Shown: in pieces, positions 55,960 through 64,000 of the stretch
How positions within the stretch are numbered: the stretch's first letter is position 1
Layout: each line of letters begins with the position of its first letter
Assembly (NCBI GenBank): GCA_964016885.1
Contig: OZ024742.1
Location: forward strand, 37,634,001 to 37,698,000
Length of the DNA: 64,000 nucleotides
Origin: Eledone cirrhosa
Lineage: Eukaryota
Direction: 5' to 3'
Position numbers and translations under genes: made by a program
The notes under the pieces: generated by a model
Databases searched by the model: none
What the model saw: the letters and a program-made list of their open reading frames with translations, nothing else
What the model was told of the DNA's origin: nothing

Positions 55960-57732
55960 GCGCAACTAATCAGAGAGCGAATTGATCTAGATGAAATGCA
56001 GTTTGGGTTTGTGTAAGGTAAAAGTACCACAGACACTCTTTTCCTTGTATGACAACTACAGGAGAAGTACCTAGCTAAAAGTAAACCCCTCTACTTAGCT
56101 TTTGTAGACCTGGAGAAAGCCTTTAACAGAGTCCCCCGCTCCATTATCTGGTGGGCTCTTAGAAAACTAGGTGTAGATGAATGGCTTGTGAGAGCTATAC
56201 AAGCCATGTATAAAGAAACAGTCAGTAAGGTTAGAATTAACAATGAATATAGTGAAGAATTTAGTGTAAAAGTTGGTGTTCATCAAGGCTTTGTCCTTAG
56301 CCACCTCCTATTTATTATTGCCCTTCAGGCTATAACAGAGGAGTTTAAGACCGGCTACCCATGGGAACTCCTATATGCAGATGATCTAACTCTCATAGCT
56401 GAATCTATGGCTGAACTAGAGAAGAAATTCCAAACATGGAAGCATGGCCTAGAATCAAAAAGCCTTAAAGTTAACTTGTCTAAGACTAAAGTTCTAGTAT
56501 GTAGAAAGGAAAATGGCCATGTTCAGTGTTAAGGAAAGGAGTAGGTAGAAATTCCATTTTATGTCCCAAATGAAAACTATAGGTACATAAAAGATGTAGT
56601 GGGATCACAGGTAAACTATCTAAGAACGTAGATTTTATATGTGGCCGATGCTCAGGTGCAATAAGTAGCAAGTGCCCACAGGATACTAGCTCCTTCTATT
56701 GCCCAGATGGTTCTATAGAAATAGTGGACACTTTCCGTTACCTGCGTGACAAAATCAACAGTGGCGGAGGGTGCTCTGAAAGTACAGTAGCCAGAGTCAG
56801 AACGGGATGGAAAAAGTTCAGAGAGCTTATACTGCTGTTGGCCACAAAAGGTTTCTCTCTAAAAATGAAAGGCAGACTGTATGATGCCTGTATACGAACA
56901 GCAATGCTACATGGCAGTGAGACATGGGCATTGTGTGCAGAGGACCTGCGCAGACTGGAAAGGAACGAAGCATGCATGTTCCGTTGGATGTATAATAGTA
57001 ATATATGTGAACGGCAAAGCATAAATGAACTAAGTGAGAAATTAGGAATAAGAGGGATCAGATGCTGTTTACTTGAGAGAGAAGACTACGTTGGTAAGGT
57101 CACGTGATGCGCATGAAAGACAACAGCTGTATAAAAATGTGCAAGGCGATCAAAATTGATGGAAGTTACGGAGTAGGTAGACCCAGAAAAAACCTGGGAC
57201 GATTTGATAAATTCCGACCTTACACACTTACACCTCTCTAAGACAATGTCACTGGACCGAGATCTTTGGCGCCACGCAGTAATACAGAAGACCCGACTTG
57301 CCTATGTACAAAGCAAAACCTACAGTCAGTAGGCACCTCTTAACCAAATAAATATACACCCCAATCCACTACTCCTACTCCATCCTCCCACTCCCATCAA
57401 CACCACCTCTCCCTGTAAAGTTGGTACCAGAACATCCAGTCCAAATAAATGAGATAATGAGATTGAGATCATGTAGGTGTCACAACAAAAAAAACACACA
57501 GTCCACGCTGTAATGTGGTTGTGTAGGTAACACGGTAAAAAGTTCCCCGTCCACACTGTAAATGTGGTTGGTGTTAGGAAGGGCATCCAGCCGTAGAAAA
57601 CCTGTCAGATAGTCCTATATGAGCGAGACATGGTCACCCGACCAATCTTGCCTCAAATTGGGACAACTCCCGTCTAACCCATGCTAGGGTGGAAGATGGA
57701 CGTTAAACGATGATGATGATGATGATGGTGAT
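55960..57732 (+). mobile_element. Degenerate RTE LINE (RT + 3' UTR), antisense in a liprin-beta intron
   Basis: [20 protein letters not shown]. (GAT)n tail. Confidence 0.9.
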
Positions 57733-58159
57733 GAATATTTAAAACAATATTTGTATTTTCTATCATGTTACATGAGTAAATACAAAGGAAAGAATTCCAA
57801 ACTTGAATTTTTAGTTTGCGTAGGGAACATCTCCCTTTCCAGCCATTCCTTGACACACACAGACACAAAAAAACAATCCTCTAAAAAACATTAAGTTTCA
57901 TGTTGTGGTCTTTAAAAAATTATTATGGATTAAATGTCATTGTGTATGTAAGAGAGGAAAGGAAGGAACATATAATTCTACACTTGTTTCTCTTCACACA
58001 AACAGTATTCATGAAATATATTATTATATACATGTGCACTAAGTTAGCATAGTTATGACTGTATAATTAAGAATTTCACTTTGTGGTTTTGTAGTTACTT
58101 GACTTGTTCAATATAGCAGCTAAATTTTCCTCAATAAACACACTAACAAGAGTATGAAA

Positions 58160-58460
58160 CAGTGGTGGAGTTGGGGCACTGACAGCAAAGTTCTTGCCAT
58201 CGCTGGCAGCTTGCCTTACTGAGGTGTCAGATGATGCTCATGAGGGTGCCTGGTTGTTTCAGCGCTTTAGCCTTGAGGAACACTCGTGGTAATGTTGCGA
58301 GTGTGTTTGGTTGCTTCAAAGTGTTCCATTGACCCTTATGATGTGCGGCTAATTGTCGCATTTGGTGGTGAATTGATGGTCATTTTCTGCTCCCTACCCA
58401 CTTCATTTTCTTTCTCTCGCTCTGGTTGTGTTTTGGTGAGGTTCCTGGCAATGGTTGGTC
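58160..58460 (+). mobile_element. CRE-like LINE 3' end
   Basis: EGAWLFQRFSL..RGNVASV. Reverse-complement homologue of 22090-22285. Confidence 0.65.
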
Positions 58461-58479
58461 ATATTTGTTATATGCTTTG

Positions 58480-58970
58480 ATAAATTCCGACCATACACAC
58501 TTGCACCTCTCGAAGACAATGTCACTGGACCGAGATCTTTGGCGCCACGCAGTAATACAGAAGACCCGCCTTGCCTATGTACAAAGCGAAACCTACAGTC
58601 AGTAGGCACCTCTTAACCAAATACACACCCCAATCCACTACCCCTACTCCCACTCCCACCAACACCACCCTTTCTCTGTAAAGTTATGTTGGTACCATAA
58701 CATCCAATCCAAACTAATGAGGTCGTGTAGGTGTCATGACAAAAAAACACAGTCCACGCTGTAATGTCGCCGTGTAGGTAACACGGTAAAAATCTCCCAG
58801 TCCACACTGTAAATGTGGTTGGTGTTAGGAAGGGCATCCAGCCGTAGAAAACTTGCCAGATAGTCCTATATGAGCAAGACACGGTCAACCGACCAATCTT
58901 GCCTCAAGTGGGACAATTCCCATCTAACCCATGCTAGCATGAAAGATAGATGTTAAACGATGATGATGAT
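58480..58970 (+). mobile_element. RTE LINE 3' end
   Basis: Matches 57205-57730. Confidence 0.85.
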
Positions 58971-59287
58971 TTGTGTTTATCAATGATATTATGTTTGTAA
59001 TGTTATTCTGAAAGAATTCTGAGCAATTTATAATGTTATTTATGTATATATATATATTATCTATTACCGGATGACGTTTTTTTAAAACATTTGTATCACT
59101 TTAAAATAACCATTTCTATATATATCCAGTAAAAAAAAAAAGTTTCAAAATATTAAGGCATATAGGATGGACAGAAATAGAAATTCTGATCAAATGGCTT
59201 AAGTGATTTCTTTATTAGGACCATTAAATAATGATTACAGTAATGATGCGTGTAGTGACTAAAGCAATAGCAACTACCATAACTTAC

Positions 59288-59413
59288 TTCATCAGCTGAT
59301 GGTCTTCGCTTAAGACACTGAGGGTTGAAATTGTGCATCCGTAATGTCTGAATAGCTCTTTTGATACTTATGTGATGTAATTCATTAGAAACTTTCAATG
59401 ATAGTAAATCTTC
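59288..59413 (-). CDS. PPFIBP: Liprin-beta exon (SAM2 C-terminal part)
   Basis: tttcag|GAA...GAA|gtaagt. EDLLSLKVSNELHHISIKRAIQTLRMHNFNPQCLKRRPSADE. Confidence 0.93.
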
Positions 59414-59959
59414 CTGAAATAAGAAGAACAAAATAACAAAACATTTTCATACAGTTTACTGTTATAACAATGAACATGCAGAGTAAAAGTAAATGTGATG
59501 AGGGCCCAGAGACTACATGGAGTAGAGAGGACCCTAATTGTTAAGCTGGTGTTTGAAACAATTTAATAAAGGAACTTACATACGATTATAACTTAAGCAC
59601 CCCTGCAATGTGGTAGTACCAGAGTCACAATAAAATGTTCTGAATACACGTTGTAAAGTGGTTGGCTTTAGGAAGGGCATCCAGCCATATAAACCAAGCC
59701 CAAAACAGAGCATACAAGCAAGATGTAGTCACCAGTTTGGCCTCATACGTAACAGCCCATCTAACCCATGCAAGCATGGAAAAGAGACTATGATGATGAT
59801 GATAATCATTTTAAAATAAACAAATTAGTATCAAAGAACCAGGGACGGTTTCAGACAGTTTAATATCAAAAGGGTCAAAACAATAGCAAAACAAAATTTT
59901 GTTTATCTCCAATCATTAAAACTGGTATTCATCTTTATAATAAATGGAGAATTACTTAC

Positions 59960-60048
59960 CACAGTCATGTAATGCAACATAAGTCCATCAACTCGAGCCT
60001 CAAAGAAAGTGTCTTTATATTGAGGAATTCCAATATCATCCAACCATC
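59960..60048 (-). CDS. PPFIBP: Liprin-beta exon (SAM2)
   Basis: ttgtag|GA TGG...GTG|gtaagt. (R)WLDDIGIPQYKDTFFEARVDGLMLHYMTV. Confidence 0.93.
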
Positions 60049-61027
60049 CTACAACATACAAAGTCATACAATTGAATAAACTATAAACTAGATGTCCCCA
60101 AACCTAACATTTGTATGAGAAATGAAAATACACAAAATAATACAATAAAATACAACTTGCTTATACAGGTAACTGATTTATATATAAATAGTCTTTATAT
60201 TTTATTTTATATTATGTTTACTGATTTATTTATTTTTGTATATGTTTGGAGTTGATGAGAGGTCAAGGATTCTATGAAGGGTCCAATGGTTGAATTAATT
60301 AGAGGGTCCATGCTGTAAACTATATTATATATTGTTATTTACAATATATTAAAATATACGCCCATCTTTAAAATTGAGTATAACTAAAGATATAAATTTC
60401 AAGGTACATAATCCAACCATATTTTATGCTAGTGATCTAGGGATCAGTTGTCCTGCTTGAGTATTGAATTGGTCAGTGAAGACCAGTCCAACTTTTGCTA
60501 CCAGGCAAAATGGACATATGATGATTATAACTCATCAGAATTATAAAAGCATGAGTTTTGAGAAAGTTCTATAGCATTTCTTTTATTGGTTTCAGCCACT
60601 GACTTGAGGCTATGTTCAGTATTTTTTTTCTTTTACCAAGTCTGGTAGTTCTTTAAGTTACAGGACATATAAACAAACAACAATGTATAGAGAGGCATGA
60701 GGAAACACAGACACATGTATACAATGAGCAGCCACACAGTGTTTGTCAAATTTCACTTAAAAGGCATTGTTAGCCTGACACTTTAGTAGAAAACATTTCC
60801 CCAATGTCACACTGTGGGGTTGAACCCCAAACCAAATAGTTATGAACTCCTTAGCCTTAGCCATGTCTACACTAATAAAAATTATATCACAATTTGTTAA
60901 CTGTTTCAAGTTATCCAAGTGCATGAACATCAAGAAATACGTTTCAGACAAACCTCCAAACTATGCCGAAGTTAGAGTCTGACACACCTGGCTCCACAGA
61001 ACCCACTCAACATGTAAACATACTTAC

Positions 61028-61139
61028 TTGTAACCCAGTTGTGATTAAGTTCTAATATACGGTCTTTAAGACCAGTATGAGCTGCTTCCATAGCTAACTG
61101 AAGCTTTTTTCGATGTAGATGGTTTTTCATAGTCAATTC
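61028..61139 (-). CDS. PPFIBP: Liprin-beta exon (SAM1 end / SAM2 start)
   Basis: cctcag|GAA...ACA A|gtaagt. ELTMKNHLHRKKLQLAMEAAHTGLKDRILELNHNWVT carries the liprin LHRKKLQLA and HNWV motifs. Not in the ORF track. Confidence 0.92.
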
Positions 61140-61429
61140 CTGAGGTGAAAAAATAATAAAAAAGGAGATAGTGAGGATAAACAGGAAAACACATCTGAAA
61201 TACTGATAATTTTTTCCCCCCTATTAATCCTTTCATGACCATATTTCTAATGAAAGATATTGCCTATAATTTTCGATTTTCAAATAATTTTGAAAGTAAT
61301 CAAGAATTCAAAGGGATTTAGTATTATAAATAACTTCCTCATTATTAAGCTGGTATTTGGAATATAACTTAAACTTAATTAAGTTATGACAAAGTTTTTA
61401 GATAAATATAAAGTATGGAAAGCTGAATA

Positions 61430-62220
61430 CTCTCTCCCACAATGCTGCTGGGGAGGCTGAAAGCTTTGTCCACCCTATAAGGTGGTCATACTGGTGATAC
61501 AGCAAAAGCCCTTAGTCCTACCATGTAAGGTGCACATGCTAGTGTCATGACAAAAGAGCACCTAAACTTCCCTGTAAGGTGGTTGTGCTGGTGACATGTT
61601 AGATGGGCATCCAGTTGCTACTGTGAGGTGGTCATGTTGAAAATATGACAGGAGACTCCAAGCCGACCTTGTAAGATGGTCATATTGGTGGCATGACAGA
61701 AGGTGCCTGGTCTGCCCTGTTGAATGGTTGGGTTGGTGGTACAACAGGGAGCACCCCATCTGTCCTGTAAGGTGGTTGAGATGGTGACACGACAAAAACA
61801 CCCAGTCCACCTTGTAGGGTAGTCTTGTTAGCAACAGAACATGACACTAAACACCCAGCCCACCCTGTAAAGTGGGCGTGATAGCGACAGGACAAAAGCA
61901 CCCAGCCCAACCAGTAAAATGGTCTTGTTGGAAACATGAAAAAAGCACCCAATCCACACTGTAAAGTGGTTGTTTTGGTGATGCAACAATAGTACCTAGT
62001 CCACACTGTAAAGTTGCCATTTTGGTGCCAAGATAAAAGGCACTCAGTCCAAAACAGTAAATGTGGTTGGCATTAGGAAGGGCACACAGCTGTAGAAACC
62101 AAGCCAGAAACAGTCCAGTGTGAGCAAGACACGGTCATCTGATCTGACCTGTCTCACAATGGTACACCCTGTCTAACCCATGCTAGAGTAGAAAATGGAC
62201 ATTAAACAGTAATGATGATA
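61430..62220 (+). mobile_element. RTE-type 3' UTR expanded by ~12 diverged ~48-bp tandem units
   Basis: Recurring aaagcacccagtccacactgtaaagtggt..ggtg motif, followed by the standard tail. Confidence 0.72.
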
Positions 62221-62849
62221 AAATAAACACTTTAAACATTTTTATATTGTAGAATCAAAAGCAATTTCACATGGTTTAGTATTAAAAAAGTTAATTAAAT
62301 ATAGTTATCACATTTAGCATTCTTTTGCAAAGGAGCTTTAGATTTCACTATGAACAACTCAACACAACTGAAGTCTGCTGCTAACACTTCAAGCTTATGG
62401 ACTGAGATATTCTACATTCATTTAACCTTCAATTTAATTTGACTATTGTTTTATATGAACATGTAATCTAGTGGTTAGAGTATTGGGCTAACAATTGTAA
62501 CTATGGGTTTAAATCAAAAACCACCATGCTGCAGTTTGTGTTCTTGAGCAAGACACTTCATTTTACATTGTACCAGTTCACTTGGCAGAAAACAAGTACC
62601 AGTAGCAGCTGTGGGTTATACCTGTGACAGACTAGCATCCCGTCCAGAGGGAGTATTTTACACTCAGTCATTTAAAGCCAAAGAAATTGAAATAAGCCCC
62701 AGCCTGATGACCCTCTGGGCTGGAGACAGAATTTAAGCTTTAACATTAAGAACATACATCAGAGTATATTTATAATAATCTTCACTAATTAAAAATTATT
62801 GGAAATGATAAGTAAAAGAGATGAATGATAGTGATGGTAGAGGAATACC

Positions 62850-63355
62850 AAGGAAATACCCTCCATCAGGGATCTACCATACTCTGAACGCCTTGCTTCC
62901 CTGGGCATGGATTCATTGAAGCTCCGACGTCTGGCAATAGATTTGGTAAACACCCACAAAGTTATTAACCATCTCGCCAACAACAGCCCTGAGCACCTTT
63001 TTGATCTCCATGTGTCTAACACACATGGACATGCCTACAAAATCAGAAAACAGCACAGCTCCCATGACTTTCGTAAACATTTTTCACGCTCAGAGTTGCT
63101 GAAGCATGGAACAAACTGCCTGCGTTAGTTGTTAGCTGCCGAGACACTGCATCCTTTAAAACCCTCATGCTTCCCGAAATACGCCAAAACTACACCTGAT
63201 GTACCCCTTCCATACATATGCACACATGTGTATATCATGACTATTGCACTGTTGTTTTTCCTGACGTTTGTACATTACCCTATGTACTATACATACACTT
63301 TTGATGAGTTGTAGTGCACCTGAGCACTGTACACAATATTTCATTATTATTATTA
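62850..63355 (+). mobile_element. CR1-like LINE 3' end
   Basis: LPYSERLASLGMDSLKLRRL..HGHAYKI, with (TTA)n tail. Confidence 0.82.
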
Positions 63356-63777
63356 AATAATAGTAGGCAACAAACAAGTTGACACAAAAGTGAAAGAACT
63401 GGCAATATACTGTATTGCAAAATTCAGTCACTCTATGATATTATAAAAAAACAGACATTAGAATTATAATGTTGACTACTGGAAGGGTGAGGCCAGGAAA
63501 AACATGAGCAGAGGTGGTGAAAACCTATCTCAAGAAACTACAGCTCATAAAGGAAATGACAAAGGAGAGAGACAAGATGAAAGATGCAGTACTGTAGGTA
63601 ACTCGTTTAACCCATGCAAGCACGGATGTGATGATGATGAGCTTGAGGCCTATTTTACATGAACTTTAAAACACATAAATTACTCACTTTCATTATAAAC
63701 TCCTCAAAAATAATTTTACCTTCTTTCAGAATTTTTAAACAACTAAATATTGAATGCAACTAAATTGCAGTACAAAC

Positions 63778-63928
63778 CTTTTCCAAATCATGCTGGGTGG
63801 CATTTAAAAGCTGTTCTCCACTCCTGACCCATCGCCGTGCCTCATGGACATACATGTCAAGGCCAATTTCATGTAGCCAAGAGACAACCCGTTCATTATC
63901 CCAACTCTCAAATGGTACATTTGAATCA
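63778..63928 (-). CDS. PPFIBP: Liprin-beta exon (SAM1 N-terminal part); the gene continues upstream of the window
   Basis: ttttctag|T GAT TCA...AAG|gtttgt. Encodes DSNVPFESWDNERVVSWLHEIGLDMYVHEARRWVRSGEQLLNATQHDLEK, a liprin SAM1 pattern. 151 bp, phase-compatible with the next exon. Confidence 0.9.
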
Positions 63929-64000
63929 CTAGAAAACAAACAAAAACATGTCAATTCCCTGCAGTACAGAAAGTGAAACAAGCAGATTTTAAAAATCACT

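Noticed and set aside
62695-62735. CTGATGA followed by a hairpin, as a possible hammerhead
   Set aside because: No correctly placed GAAA/UH or stem I. It is part of a SINE 3' region.

Overview
AT-rich, repeat-dominated animal genomic DNA. The SINE/LINE/microsatellite content suggests a coleoid cephalopod such as Octopus, but that is inference. The only host gene I can support is the 3' end of a liprin-beta (PPFIBP-like, triple SAM domain) gene on the minus strand. Nine GT-AG coding exons between 63928 and 41447 splice in frame and end in ...VPTSNV-stop. The rest is transposon debris: many RTE-type LINE 3' fragments, tRNA-derived SINEs, CR1, R4/Dong-like, CRE-like and Gypsy relics, piggyBac/hAT/mariner MITEs and Helitron-like pieces. 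The most striking structure lies in the first ~22 kb, with outliers at 35-43 kb. It comprises a 5'-truncated Penelope-like element with an uninterrupted RT + GIY-YIG frame and about a dozen type-I hammerhead ribozyme motifs from unrelated sequence families. These sit in (TA)n tracts and are often arranged head-to-head as long palindromes. Several have unusual features: a 115-nt stem II, a recurrent mismatch at pair 10.1:11.1, and a shared downstream TATYGAGTRCT-like motif. All folds and homologies were assigned by eye, without searches.
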